Origin: an uncultured Pelagibacteraceae bacterium
Lineage (GTDB): Bacteria; Pseudomonadota; Alphaproteobacteria; Pelagibacterales; Pelagibacteraceae
Length of the DNA stretch: 64,000 bases
NCBI GenBank assembly: GCA_902595795.1
Contig: CACJRK010000003.1
Coordinates: forward strand, 7,753-71,752
Direction: 5' to 3'
Shown here: positions 1-9,692 of the stretch, piece after piece
Layout: each line of letters starts with the position of its first letter
Numbering within the stretch: position 1 is the first letter of the stretch
The notes under the pieces: model-generated
Seen by the model: the letters and a program-made list of their open reading frames with translations, nothing else
Told to the model about the DNA's origin: nothing
Databases searched by the model: none
Made by a program: the position numbers and the translations under genes

Positions 1-168
1 GCTAGCCTTTTCAAACATTTGAATAAGTATTTTACCCTTAAGTGGAGAACCTCTATCAACCTCAAGAGTGCTTAACTTTCTTCTAAGATTTTTTCTTTTT
101 TTTGCATCAGCAATAACTTTTCTTAAATCTTTAGCAGGAATATCTTTCAAATTAATAAAATGTTTCAT
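1..168 (-). CDS. argF: Ornithine carbamoyltransferase, N-terminal part (runs off the window edge)
   Basis: Own translation from ATG at 168: MKHFINLKDIPAKDLRKVIADAKKRK...LKGKILIQMFEKAS, leading into the FEKxSTRT carbamoyl-phosphate motif; directly downstream of argD. Confidence 0.85.
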   Translation of the reverse strand, partial: MKHFINLKDIPAKDLRKVIADAKKRKNLRRKLSTLEVDRGSPLKGKILIQMFEKAS

Positions 169-169
169 T

Positions 170-1336
170 TTAATTTAGTTCTGAACAAACTTTTTTTATT
201 ATTTTAAGTGATAGGTTAATTTCATTTTTTTTTACATTAAGTGGTGGTAAAACTCTAACAACATTTTCAGCTGCTCTAATTGTTAATAAATTATTATCCA
301 TAAGTTTATTTATAAATTTTGCTTGATCTGTTTTTAGTTGTATTCCAATCAACAAACCTCTACCTCTAATTTCTTTAATAATATTGGGATGCTCATTTTT
401 TATTTTATTAAGATTTAACAAAAAATATTTTGAAATTTTTTTTACATTATTTAAAAATTTTTTGTTTGAAATAATATCTATTACTGAATTTCCAACGCTC
501 ATTGCTAAAGGATTCCCACCAAATGTCGAACCATGAGTTCCTGCCGTCATTCCAGAAGCAACTTTTTTGTTCATTAAAACTGCTCCGATTGGAAATCCGC
601 CTCCAATACCTTTTGCAATTGGCACAATATCTGGTTTTATCTTTGATTTTTCAAAAGCAAAAAAATCACCAGATCTCCCAATTCCACACTGAACCTCATC
701 TAAGATTAATAAAATATTTTTTTCATCACAAATTTTTCTAAGTTCCTTTAAACACCATTCAGGAATTTCTTTAATTCCTCCTTCTCCCATAATAGTTTCA
801 ATCATAATTGCAGCCGTGTTTTTAAAAATTTTTTTTTTTAAAGACTTATGATTACCAAATTCAAAGTGATCAAAACCAGTTACTTTTGGCCCAAAGCCTT
901 CAGTCATTTTTTTTGAACCACTCGCATATATTGCTGCCAGTGTTCTTCCATGAAAACTATTTTTGATACATAAGATTCTATTTTTTTTAGGTTTTCCAAT
1001 TGAATAAAAATATCTTCTTGCAACTTTTATTGCTGCCTCTGTTGCCTCTGCTCCACTATTTTGAAACATAACAAAATCTGCAAAAGTTTTTTTAGCTAAT
1101 TTTTTTGCTAAAATTTCTCCTTCTGGAATTTGAAATGCATTCGAGACGTGCCAAAGTTTTTTTGATTGTTTGGTTACAGCATTTACCAGTTTAGGATGTG
1201 AATGACCTAAGGAATTAACAGCTATGCCTTGAACAAAATCTAAATATTTTTTTCCATTAGTTGAATACAGAAAACTTCCTTTTCCGTATTTAAATGAAAT
1301 TTTTTTTCTATTATAATTTTTTGTTAAATAGCTCAT
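170..1336 (-). CDS. argD: Acetylornithine aminotransferase (class III PLP)
   Basis: NSGAEA, SFHGRT, DEVQCGIGRSG, AKGIGGGFP, HGSTFGGNPL motifs; next to argF. Confidence 0.93.
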   Translation of the reverse strand: MSYLTKNYNRKKISFKYGKGSFLYSTNGKKYLDFVQGIAVNSLGHSHPKLVNAVTKQSKKLWHVSNAFQIPEGEILAKKLAKKTFADFVMFQNSGAEATEAAIKVARRYFYSIGKPKKNRILCIKNSFHGRTLAAIYASGSKKMTEGFGPKVTGFDHFEFGNHKSLKKKIFKNTAAIMIETIMGEGGIKEIPEWCLKELRKICDEKNILLILDEVQCGIGRSGDFFAFEKSKIKPDIVPIAKGIGGGFPIGAVLMNKKVASGMTAGTHGSTFGGNPLAMSVGNSVIDIISNKKFLNNVKKISKYFLLNLNKIKNEHPNIIKEIRGRGLLIGIQLKTDQAKFINKLMDNNLLTIRAAENVVRVLPPLNVKKNEINLSLKIIKKVCSELN

Positions 1337-1504
1337 TTTTTTATCAGGTTTTATAAATTTTAATTCTTAGACACAAGCTATGATTGAAATAGTTAATTCA
1401 TTCAACTTTATATTTATGTTGATAAGTCTCATTTTTTAATTGATTAAAACAATTTTAAGTCCGTATATTGTGATTTATATAATACATTATACAATATATA
1501 GACT

Positions 1505-2005
1505 ATGAGCTGGAACGAAGAAAAAGTAAATAAACTTAAAGAACTTTGGGGCAAAAGTCATACTGCGAGCCAAATTGCTGAAATAATTGGTGGTATCAGT
1601 AGAAATGCAGTAATTGGAAAAGCACACAGACTGAATTTATCTGCAAAGATTAAAACGAGATCTGCAAGATCTAATCAAAATTTTGAAAATTCTAAAGAAG
1701 AAAAAAATTTAAAACCAAATAGAGGTCGAAAAAGTAAATTTAAATCTTTAATAATTGAGAAAGATTTTGAACCAGAAAATCCAAAACAATTGGAAGAATT
1801 AGATGAAAATTCATGTAAATGGCCTATTGGACATCCAGATGAGAAATCTTTTTATTTTTGTGGAAGGTCATCTTTAAAAGATTTTTCTTACTGTAAACTT
1901 CATCTACTTTACGCTTACCAGCCAAAAGGAAAAAAAGAAGAAATTACTGATAAAGACAAGGAAGAAGTTCCAGAATTTATTGAAAAGAAAATTCAATCAT
2001 CTTAA
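1505..2005 (+). CDS. gcrA: Cell-cycle regulator GcrA
   Basis: MSWNEEKV..LKELW..SASQIA..GISRNAVIGKAHRL N-terminus; C-terminal CKWPIGHP..FYFCG..YC..H; divergent from argD as in other alphaproteobacteria. Confidence 0.93.
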   Translation: MSWNEEKVNKLKELWGKSHTASQIAEIIGGISRNAVIGKAHRLNLSAKIKTRSARSNQNFENSKEEKNLKPNRGRKSKFKSLIIEKDFEPENPKQLEELDENSCKWPIGHPDEKSFYFCGRSSLKDFSYCKLHLLYAYQPKGKKEEITDKDKEEVPEFIEKKIQSS

Positions 2006-2009
2006 AAGA

Positions 2010-2999
2010 TTAATCATTTAAATTATTTTTAATACTTTTTTCAGATAGATATTTTTCAGTTGAAAATTGACCACCAACTTTCCACATATAACAATATCTT
2101 TTAACTTCTTGATCAAACAACCTTTTACTTGGAACACCAATATCTGAGTTAGTTTTATATTTTCCAGTTGGGATATTGTTGTATTTTAACAATCTTAACT
2201 GGTCTCTAGTAAGAAGAGGATTTGGTAAAATTTCAAAAAATCTTGCAGTTAATTCTGCAATTGGTAAAGGTAAAGGTATTAACAATCTTTTCTTTCCAAT
2301 TAGTGATAATAATTTTTGTAAAAGTTCTTTGAATGATATAATTTCTGGCCCTGTACATTCAATAATTTTAGAATAAATCTTTTTTGAAATTATGTGATAA
2401 ATTATATCTGTCAAATCTGAGCAATGTATAGGTGCAAATTTTGTTTCTCCTTTATAATAAATTGGAAATGCGGGCAATCTATTTAGTAAAGTCATTAAAT
2501 TTGTAGTAAAATTGTCATCTACCGAATATACAACTGAGGGTCTTAGAATTGTTGCTAATGGAAAGTTTTTCAAAACATTGTTCTCACCTTCTAATTTGCT
2601 TTTTGCATAATCTGAGTCTATTGCCTCGTTTATTCCTAATGCTGATAAATGAATAAAGTGTTCTATACTATATTCTTTACAAAGTTTAGCTAGCAAGGAA
2701 GGTAAAACTGAATGAATATTTCTAAAAGAATTACCTTTTTTATTTTCGAATAATATTCCTATTAAATTAATACAAATATCTGTTTTTTTAAAAAGGCTTA
2801 TAATTTTTTTTTCGTCAAAAATATTAGCTTCAACAATATCAATATAGCCTACATTAGCTTGGGTTTTAATAATATAACTTTTTTGATGAAGATTCCTTGT
2901 AACAACAGTTACTCTATAATTATTTTTTGTTAGCTTTCTGATTAAGTTTCGTCCAATTTGACCACTACCTCCGAAAATTAGACAATTTTTTGCTTTCAT
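2010..2999 (-). CDS. NAD-dependent epimerase / complex I NDUFA9-like SDR protein
   Basis: FGGSGQIG Rossmann motif, INLIGIL, YAKSK (YxxxK), ILRPSVV. Confidence 0.85.
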   Translation of the reverse strand: MKAKNCLIFGGSGQIGRNLIRKLTKNNYRVTVVTRNLHQKSYIIKTQANVGYIDIVEANIFDEKKIISLFKKTDICINLIGILFENKKGNSFRNIHSVLPSLLAKLCKEYSIEHFIHLSALGINEAIDSDYAKSKLEGENNVLKNFPLATILRPSVVYSVDDNFTTNLMTLLNRLPAFPIYYKGETKFAPIHCSDLTDIIYHIISKKIYSKIIECTGPEIISFKELLQKLLSLIGKKRLLIPLPLPIAELTARFFEILPNPLLTRDQLRLLKYNNIPTGKYKTNSDIGVPSKRLFDQEVKRYCYMWKVGGQFSTEKYLSEKSIKNNLND

Positions 3000-3025
3000 A
3001 CGAATTCCATTATATATGTTTAGAA

Positions 3026-3637
3026 ATGAGTAATAATATTAAATTACACAAAAATGATTTACCAGATGATTTAAGATTAGGCAATCTAATAGCAGTTGAT
3101 GGAGAATTTATGGGTTTAAATGTTAGAAGAGACCCTCTCTGCTTAATTCAACTATCATCAGGAAATTCTGAAGCACATATCGTTCAATTTGATAGAAAAA
3201 ATTATGATTGTCCAAACTTAAAAAAATTATTAACCGACGAGAACATTACAAAAATATTTCACTATGGAAGAGCAGATTTGGCTCACATAAAATATTATCT
3301 TAAAGTAGAAACTAATAATATTCTAGATACAAAAATTGCATCGAAGTTAGCAAGATCATATTCTGATAATCACTCTTTAAAAACACTTATAAAGGAATTT
3401 ATTAATATTGATATAAGCAAACAATTTCAAAGTTCTGACTTTGGTGGAGAGTTGTCTCCTGCACAATTAAAATATTGTGCTAATGATGTTATATATTTGC
3501 ATAAAATTCATGAAGAACTTAATAAAATATTAAAAAGAGAAAATAGAATTGAACTTTATAAAGATTGCTTAAAATTTTTAAAAACTAGAGTAAGTTTAGA
3601 CCTAGCACAATTTAAAGAAGATATATGGTCACATTAA
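3026..3637 (+). CDS. rnd: Ribonuclease D-type 3'-5' exonuclease (stand-alone DEDDy domain, no HRDC)
   Basis: IAVDGEFMGL, KIFHYGRADL, DTKIASKL, QSSDFG, YCANDV; start moved to ATG 3026 to avoid overlapping the divergent gene. Confidence 0.85.
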   Translation: MSNNIKLHKNDLPDDLRLGNLIAVDGEFMGLNVRRDPLCLIQLSSGNSEAHIVQFDRKNYDCPNLKKLLTDENITKIFHYGRADLAHIKYYLKVETNNILDTKIASKLARSYSDNHSLKTLIKEFINIDISKQFQSSDFGGELSPAQLKYCANDVIYLHKIHEELNKILKRENRIELYKDCLKFLKTRVSLDLAQFKEDIWSH

Positions 3638-4602
3638 TGAGCAAAAAATATATACCCATAGCAAAAAAAGTAATTGATCTTGAAATTAAGGCATTGCAAA
3701 AATTAAAAAAAAAAATTGACAATTCGTTTAATAAAGCTGTGGTTGCAATTGCCAAATGTCAATCAAAAGTAATTTTATGTGGTGTTGGAAAGAGTGGACT
3801 AATAGCTGCTAAGATATCATCAACTCTTTCGTCAGTCGGTACTCCTTCATTCAATTTATCAGCAAGTGACTCCTCCCATGGAGATTTAGGAAGTGTTACA
3901 AAAAAAGATATTTTAATTTTAATAAGCTATTCAGGAAAAACTAATGAACTTAAAAATATAATTCAATTTGCAAATAGAAATAAAGTTTTGTTAATTGGAA
4001 TTATGTCAAAAAAAGATTCTATTTTATATAAAGCGTCAGATATTAAACTTGTAATTCCTGAAGTAAAAGAGTCTGGAGGAATTGTGCCTACTTCAAGTAC
4101 AACCGCTCAGATCGCTTTAGGAGATGCGCTTGCAATATCAGCAATGCAATACAAAAAATTTGGAAAATTTGATTTTAAAAAAATACATCCGGCTGGTAAT
4201 CTTGGGGCTCAATTAAAAACAGTTGAAGATATAATGTTAACAGGAAATAAAATTCCATTTGTTAAAGAAAACTTAAATATGAAAAGTGCTTTAAAAATAT
4301 TAAGTAATAAAAAATTAGGAATTTTAATCGTTCAAAATAAACAAAAAAAAACTACTGGGATTATTACTGATGGTCAAATAAGACGATACAACGAAAAAAA
4401 ACAAAATTTAAATGAGATGATTGCTTTTAAAATTATGACTAAAAACCCAATAAGTATTGACAAACAATCTCTTGCCGTGAAAGCTTTAGCTCTAATGAAT
4501 GAAAAAAAAATTACTTCACTTTGCGTATATGACAAAAAAAATAAGGATAAAACAATCGGTGTTCTTCATATTCATAATATCTTGCAATCAAATATTGGTT
4601 GA
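3637..4602 (+). CDS. kdsD: Arabinose-5-phosphate isomerase KdsD (KpsF/GutQ; SIS + 2 CBS)
   Basis: GVGKSG, HGDLG, PTSST, HPAGNLG, C-terminal CBS pair; ATG overlaps the rnd stop (TAATG). Confidence 0.9.
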   Translation: MSKKYIPIAKKVIDLEIKALQKLKKKIDNSFNKAVVAIAKCQSKVILCGVGKSGLIAAKISSTLSSVGTPSFNLSASDSSHGDLGSVTKKDILILISYSGKTNELKNIIQFANRNKVLLIGIMSKKDSILYKASDIKLVIPEVKESGGIVPTSSTTAQIALGDALAISAMQYKKFGKFDFKKIHPAGNLGAQLKTVEDIMLTGNKIPFVKENLNMKSALKILSNKKLGILIVQNKQKKTTGIITDGQIRRYNEKKQNLNEMIAFKIMTKNPISIDKQSLAVKALALMNEKKITSLCVYDKKNKDKTIGVLHIHNILQSNIG

Positions 4603-5192
4603 TGAAAAAAGTTAATTTTCTTAAACTTTTATTAATTTCATCTTTAGTAATATTAACTTGGTTTATTTACTCTAAGTATTTTAAAAATAACGAGAATTTA
4701 TTATCTAAACCTATTAAATCCAGTCAATCCATTGACGAAGAAGTTATCTACAACTCAAATATAATTAAAGATATTAATTATACCTCGCGAGATTTAAAAG
4801 GTAATGAGTATATTCTAATTGCAAAAGAGGGTGAAATTGACTTAAATAATAGCGATATAATTTATCTTACAGATGTTACAGCATACATTAAGCTTATAAA
4901 AAATTCTGAATTAATTGTTATTACTTCAAATTATGGCAAGTATAACACCATAAATTATGACACTATTTTCTCAAAAAATGTAAACATAGATTATGTTGAC
5001 AATATAATAACAGGCGATTATTTAGATTTCTCGATGATGAATAATTTACTAATAATATCAAGAAATGTTGTTTATAAAAATCTTGAAAATACTTTAAAAG
5101 CAGACGTAATCGAACTTGATACAAATACTAAAGATACAAAAATTTTTATGTATAATTCAAGCGAACAGGTTAATGTTACAAACATAAATTAA
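4599..5192 (+). CDS. lptC: LPS export protein LptC-like
   Basis: Single N-terminal TM helix followed by a beta-rich domain; lies between kdsD and lptB. Confidence 0.7.
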   Translation: MMKKVNFLKLLLISSLVILTWFIYSKYFKNNENLLSKPIKSSQSIDEEVIYNSNIIKDINYTSRDLKGNEYILIAKEGEIDLNNSDIIYLTDVTAYIKLIKNSELIVITSNYGKYNTINYDTIFSKNVNIDYVDNIITGDYLDFSMMNNLLIISRNVVYKNLENTLKADVIELDTNTKDTKIFMYNSSEQVNVTNIN

Positions 5193-5193
5193 T

Positions 5194-5970
5194 ATGGGGT
5201 TAATAAAACAATTTAGAATAAAATCTCACAAAAAACCTAATTCCATTATTTCTTTTGAAAACATTAATCTTTCATATGGTAATAGATTAATCTTAGATAA
5301 TATAAATTTTAAAATAAACGAGGGTCAAATTTTTGGAATGCTTGGTCCTAATGGTGTTGGAAAAAGTACAATATTTAATTTAATAACTGGATTGATATTG
5401 CCTAATAGTGGTAAAATTAAATTAAATAATACAGATGTTATAGATTATCCAATTTATTTGAGAACAAAAAAATTTCATATAGGTTATGTTCCTCAACATG
5501 GTGGCTATTTTAATGATCTAACATTATTTCAAAATTTAAAAGCAATAGCAGAAATTGTAATAAATGATAAAAGCAAAGAAGATTCTAAAATTAACTCACT
5601 TATTTCAAAGTTTGAATTAGAAAATTTAAAAAATGTTAAAGCTAAATTTTTATCTGGTGGTCAAAAGAAAAAATTAGTTATTGCTTTATCTTTATTAAGT
5701 AATCCAAAAGTTCTTCTTTTAGATGAATGTTTCGCGGCACTTGATGTTTTAACAATTAAGATGCTGCAAGAAATAATTGTAAATTTGCAAAAAGAAACAA
5801 ATATAACCATATGTATATGTGACCACCAAGCTAGAGACCTATTAGCTTGTGTAGATAAAGCTATGATACTAAGTAACTGTAAAATAGTTGCAGAAGGTTC
5901 ACCCGAAGAATTAGTAAATAATATTCATGCTAAAAGTGCATATTTTGGTGACTCGTTTAATTTTAAATAA
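5194..5970 (+). CDS. lptB: LPS export ABC ATPase LptB
   Basis: GPNGVGKST, LSGGQ, LLLDE, DH switch, AYFGDSF C-terminus; synteny. Confidence 0.8.
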   Translation: MGLIKQFRIKSHKKPNSIISFENINLSYGNRLILDNINFKINEGQIFGMLGPNGVGKSTIFNLITGLILPNSGKIKLNNTDVIDYPIYLRTKKFHIGYVPQHGGYFNDLTLFQNLKAIAEIVINDKSKEDSKINSLISKFELENLKNVKAKFLSGGQKKKLVIALSLLSNPKVLLLDECFAALDVLTIKMLQEIIVNLQKETNITICICDHQARDLLACVDKAMILSNCKIVAEGSPEELVNNIHAKSAYFGDSFNFK

Positions 5971-5975
5971 ATTTA

Positions 5976-7295
5976 ATGAACAATCAAATCACCGTAAAAA
6001 AAAAAATTAATAAGTTTAATAAAAGTATAATTGTTCCAGGAGATAAAAGTCTAAGTATTAGATGGGCTTTATTTTCATCAATAGCAAAAGGTAAATCAAA
6101 AGCCTATAATTTACTTTTATCTGAGGATGTGTTGGCTGCAATCAATGCGGTTAAAAAATTAGGAGCAAAAGTAAAATTTAATAAAAATTATTGTACTATT
6201 TTTGGTAATGGTCTTGATGGATATAAGTATAAAAAGAATATTACTATTAACTCTAAAAACTCAGGAACATTAGGAAGATTAATTATGGGTCTTTTAATTG
6301 ATACTCCTTATAAAATTAAAATTATTGGTGATAAAAGTTTATCTAAAAGAGATTTTAATAGAATTGCAGAACCATTAAAAAAATTTGGTGCAGATATTAA
6401 ACTTAAAAATAATAGAGGATTGCCCTTAACTATATTAGGAGTTAAAAATCCGTTGCCAATTAATTATCTAGAAAAAAAAGCTTCTGCACAATGTAAAAGC
6501 AGTGTTATTTTTGCAGGGTTAAAAACAGTAGGCAAGACCTTTATTAAAGCAAAAAAATCAAGGGATCACACTGAGCTTTTGTGTAAATATTTAAAATTAC
6601 CTTTAAGAGTTAAAAAGAAAAAAAACTATGATTTTCTAGAAGTTCAAAAAGCTAAAAAAATAAAACCTTTAAATTATAATATACCTTCAGACATTAGCTC
6701 AGGTGCATTTTTTATAGTTCTTACAGCATTATCAAATAATTCAAAATTACTAATAAAAAATGTAAACATTAATCCATCTAGAATTGGTATAATAACTATT
6801 TTAAGAAAAATGGGAGTTGACATCCAGTTTAAAAATAAAAAAAATTATAAAGGGGAACTTATAGCTGATATTTCAATTATTAGTGCAAAAAAACTAAAAG
6901 CTATTAACTGTCCACCAAAGTTAAATAGTGGAGCAATTGATGAGTTTTTAATAATTTTTTTAGTTGCTGCTAAAGCACAGGGAATATCTTACTTCAAAGA
7001 TATTGGTGAGTTAAATCAAAAAGAAAGTCCAAGACTAAAATGGGGTTCAAAAATTTTAAATAAAATGGGAATTAAAACAATTACTACTGAAAACTCTATA
7101 AAAATATTTGGTAACCCTAATTTAGAAATCAATAAAAAAATTATTATTAAAAATTACTTAAAAGATCATCGAGTTTTCATGACAAGTGTGATTGCTGCAT
7201 TAACTTTTGGTGGAACATGGAATATACACGACAAAAACTCTATAAAAACTTCCTTTCCTTCATTTTTAAATATAATTAATGATTTAAAAAAATAA
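5976..7295 (+). CDS. aroA: EPSP synthase (class II-like)
   Basis: PGDKS, NSGT, SAQCK, SRDHTE, IDE, KES.R, DHR; aroA-cmk-rpsA order. Confidence 0.92.
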   Translation: MNNQITVKKKINKFNKSIIVPGDKSLSIRWALFSSIAKGKSKAYNLLLSEDVLAAINAVKKLGAKVKFNKNYCTIFGNGLDGYKYKKNITINSKNSGTLGRLIMGLLIDTPYKIKIIGDKSLSKRDFNRIAEPLKKFGADIKLKNNRGLPLTILGVKNPLPINYLEKKASAQCKSSVIFAGLKTVGKTFIKAKKSRDHTELLCKYLKLPLRVKKKKNYDFLEVQKAKKIKPLNYNIPSDISSGAFFIVLTALSNNSKLLIKNVNINPSRIGIITILRKMGVDIQFKNKKNYKGELIADISIISAKKLKAINCPPKLNSGAIDEFLIIFLVAAKAQGISYFKDIGELNQKESPRLKWGSKILNKMGIKTITTENSIKIFGNPNLEINKKIIIKNYLKDHRVFMTSVIAALTFGGTWNIHDKNSIKTSFPSFLNIINDLKK

Positions 7296-7951
7296 TGATT
7301 AAAAGAAAAAATATTATTAAAATTGCTATTGACTCACCAGCTGCCGCAGGAGCTGGAACATTGGCAAAAGCGATCTCTAAACATTATAATCTTTTTTATT
7401 TAGATACTGGAAAAATTTATAGAATGATTGCTTATCTTAAAATTAGATTTCCAGAAAAATTTAACCAAAAATTTATCAAAACAAAAATTAAAAATCTCAA
7501 AGTAGAAGATCTTACAAATAAATCTCTATTATCAGATGAAGTTGGAACAGAGGCATCAATTATATCAAAAGTAAAAAAAACAAGAAAACTTGTCCATTCT
7601 TTTCAACTAAATTTTGCTTACAACCCTCCAAAAAAGTACAAAGGATCATGTCTAGATGGGCGAGATATTACCTATAATATTATACCAGATGCAGATTTTA
7701 AATTTTATATAACGGCCAATTTAAAAACAAGAGCTATAAGACGATATAAAGAACTAAAGGTTCTAAATAAAAAAATTTCCTTACAAGAAGTGCTTAAAAG
7801 TATCAAAAAACGTGATAAAAGTGACTTTAATAGAAAAGTTTCACCATTAAAGAAAACTAAAGATTCAGTGTTGCTAAATACATCGAAACTGACTAAAAGA
7901 GCGTGTTTTTTAAAAATTAAAAAAATTATAGATAAGAAAATTAAAACTTAA
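7295..7951 (+). CDS. cmk: Cytidylate kinase (atypical P-loop)
   Basis: IAIDSPAAAGAGT, LDTGKIYR, DGRDI, RD..D..R..SPL; between aroA and rpsA. Confidence 0.88.
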   Translation: MIKRKNIIKIAIDSPAAAGAGTLAKAISKHYNLFYLDTGKIYRMIAYLKIRFPEKFNQKFIKTKIKNLKVEDLTNKSLLSDEVGTEASIISKVKKTRKLVHSFQLNFAYNPPKKYKGSCLDGRDITYNIIPDADFKFYITANLKTRAIRRYKELKVLNKKISLQEVLKSIKKRDKSDFNRKVSPLKKTKDSVLLNTSKLTKRACFLKIKKIIDKKIKT

Positions 7952-9678
7952 TGGAAATATATAAAGATCTATCAAATCCAGCATCAAAAGAATTTGAAAA
8001 ACTACTTAATAGCCAGCTTTCCAAAGTACAAATTGAGGAAGGCAAAATAATTGAAGGTAAAATTAATAAAATTACTGAAAAATTTGTTTTCTTATTTGTA
8101 GAAGGTTTAAAAAGTGAGCCTGTGCTAGATGTTAATGAACTTAAAAGCATGGGTCTTGGTGATGAAATTAAAGTGGGAAAAACAATTTCAGTTTTATTAG
8201 AAAAAATTGAAGATAAACATGGCGAAGTGTTAGTATCAGCAAGTAAAGCTCAAAAAATTAAAGGTTGGGATAAATTAGTTGAAGCTTATGAAAAAAATGA
8301 ACCAATAATGGGAAAAATTACATCTAAATGTAAAGGCGGATGTATAGTAGAACATATAGATACAGGTTCATTAATGTTTTTACCTGGGTCTCAGATTAGT
8401 GACAAACCATTAAAGGATATTAGCCACTTAATGAACGAGCCACAGAAATTTGCTTTAATTAAATTAGATAAAGTAAGAGGTAATGCTTGCGTCTCTAGAA
8501 AAGAAATTATTTCATCATTTAAAAAAGAAGATAAAGCTAAAATTATAGAGAAATATAAAGTTGGAGATATCATTAAAGGAGCCGAGGTAAAAGGCTATAG
8601 CTCTTTTGGTTGTTTCTTTAACGTTAATGGTGAATTAGATGTTTTAGTTCACTTACAAGAAATTTCTTATTCTAGGGTAAATCATCCTGACGAAGTTTTT
8701 AATATAGGTGAAAAACATGATTTGAAAGTAATTTCCGTTGATAAAGAAAAACTTCAAGTTGGATGTTCTGTTAAACAACTATCTCCTGACCCTTTTGAAC
8801 ATATCGAAAATTATGAATTAAATAAAATATATAAGGTAAAAGTTGTTAAGTTAATGGATTTTGGTGCATTTTGTGAATTAGAGCCTGGTCTAATAACTTT
8901 ACTACACTCAAGCGAACTAAGCTGGACTAAGAAAAATATTTCAGTAAAAAAAATGTTTAAGGTTGGTGATGAAATAAATTGTATTATTACAGAAATTGAT
9001 AAAGAAAAAAGACGTGTAGCAATTTCGCATAGATTAACTCAAGAAAACCCTTTTAAGACTTTTGAAGAAAAATATCCTGTTGGAACAATTCTTGAGGGTA
9101 AAGTTGTAAACAAAAATGAATACTCACTATTTGTAAGAGTTGAAGACCTAGATGTAGATGCTTTTTTACATTGTAATGATTTAACCTACTTAAACAATGG
9201 TGAAGAAGAATTAGGAAAATATAAAAAAGGTGATGTTGTAAAAGTAAAAGTTCTTGAAATTAAAGTTTCAGAGCAAAAAATTAGAGTTGGTTTGAGACAA
9301 ACTCAAACAGATCCTTTTGATTGGTTTAAAGATAAATCTAAAAACCAAATCATTACAGTTAAAGTAATCTCTACTAACAGTAAATTTTTAATAGTTAGAC
9401 CTGAAGGTTGTGAGATGGATTTTCAAATTAAGAAATCAGCAATTGCAGTTAATGCAGCAGATGCTAGACCAAGCAGATGGACAGGTGGAGAAAAGCTTGA
9501 CTGTGCTATAGCTGATATTGATTTTGAAAAAAGAAAGGCAATACTTAGTATAAAGCTATTAGAGGAAATAGAGAAAAAAGAGGCTTTAGACAAATACGGA
9601 TCTGAAGACTCAGGTAAAAACTTACCATTTTCATCACTTTCCGAGGATTTAAAGAAAAAAGAAGAAGATAAAGACTAA
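7951..9678 (+). CDS. rpsA: 30S ribosomal protein S1
   Basis: Tandem S1 domains (FLPGSQI, FGAFCELEPG, LLHSSELSW); synteny. Confidence 0.93.
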   Translation: MEIYKDLSNPASKEFEKLLNSQLSKVQIEEGKIIEGKINKITEKFVFLFVEGLKSEPVLDVNELKSMGLGDEIKVGKTISVLLEKIEDKHGEVLVSASKAQKIKGWDKLVEAYEKNEPIMGKITSKCKGGCIVEHIDTGSLMFLPGSQISDKPLKDISHLMNEPQKFALIKLDKVRGNACVSRKEIISSFKKEDKAKIIEKYKVGDIIKGAEVKGYSSFGCFFNVNGELDVLVHLQEISYSRVNHPDEVFNIGEKHDLKVISVDKEKLQVGCSVKQLSPDPFEHIENYELNKIYKVKVVKLMDFGAFCELEPGLITLLHSSELSWTKKNISVKKMFKVGDEINCIITEIDKEKRRVAISHRLTQENPFKTFEEKYPVGTILEGKVVNKNEYSLFVRVEDLDVDAFLHCNDLTYLNNGEEELGKYKKGDVVKVKVLEIKVSEQKIRVGLRQTQTDPFDWFKDKSKNQIITVKVISTNSKFLIVRPEGCEMDFQIKKSAIAVNAADARPSRWTGGEKLDCAIADIDFEKRKAILSIKLLEEIEKKEALDKYGSEDSGKNLPFSSLSEDLKKKEEDKD

Positions 9679-9692
9679 ACAAAAGAATTAAG

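Noticed and set aside
829-839. Long homopolymer runs (for example the T run in argD) as phase-variation sites
   Set aside because: Frames are intact and A/T runs are ubiquitous in Lys-rich, AT-rich genes
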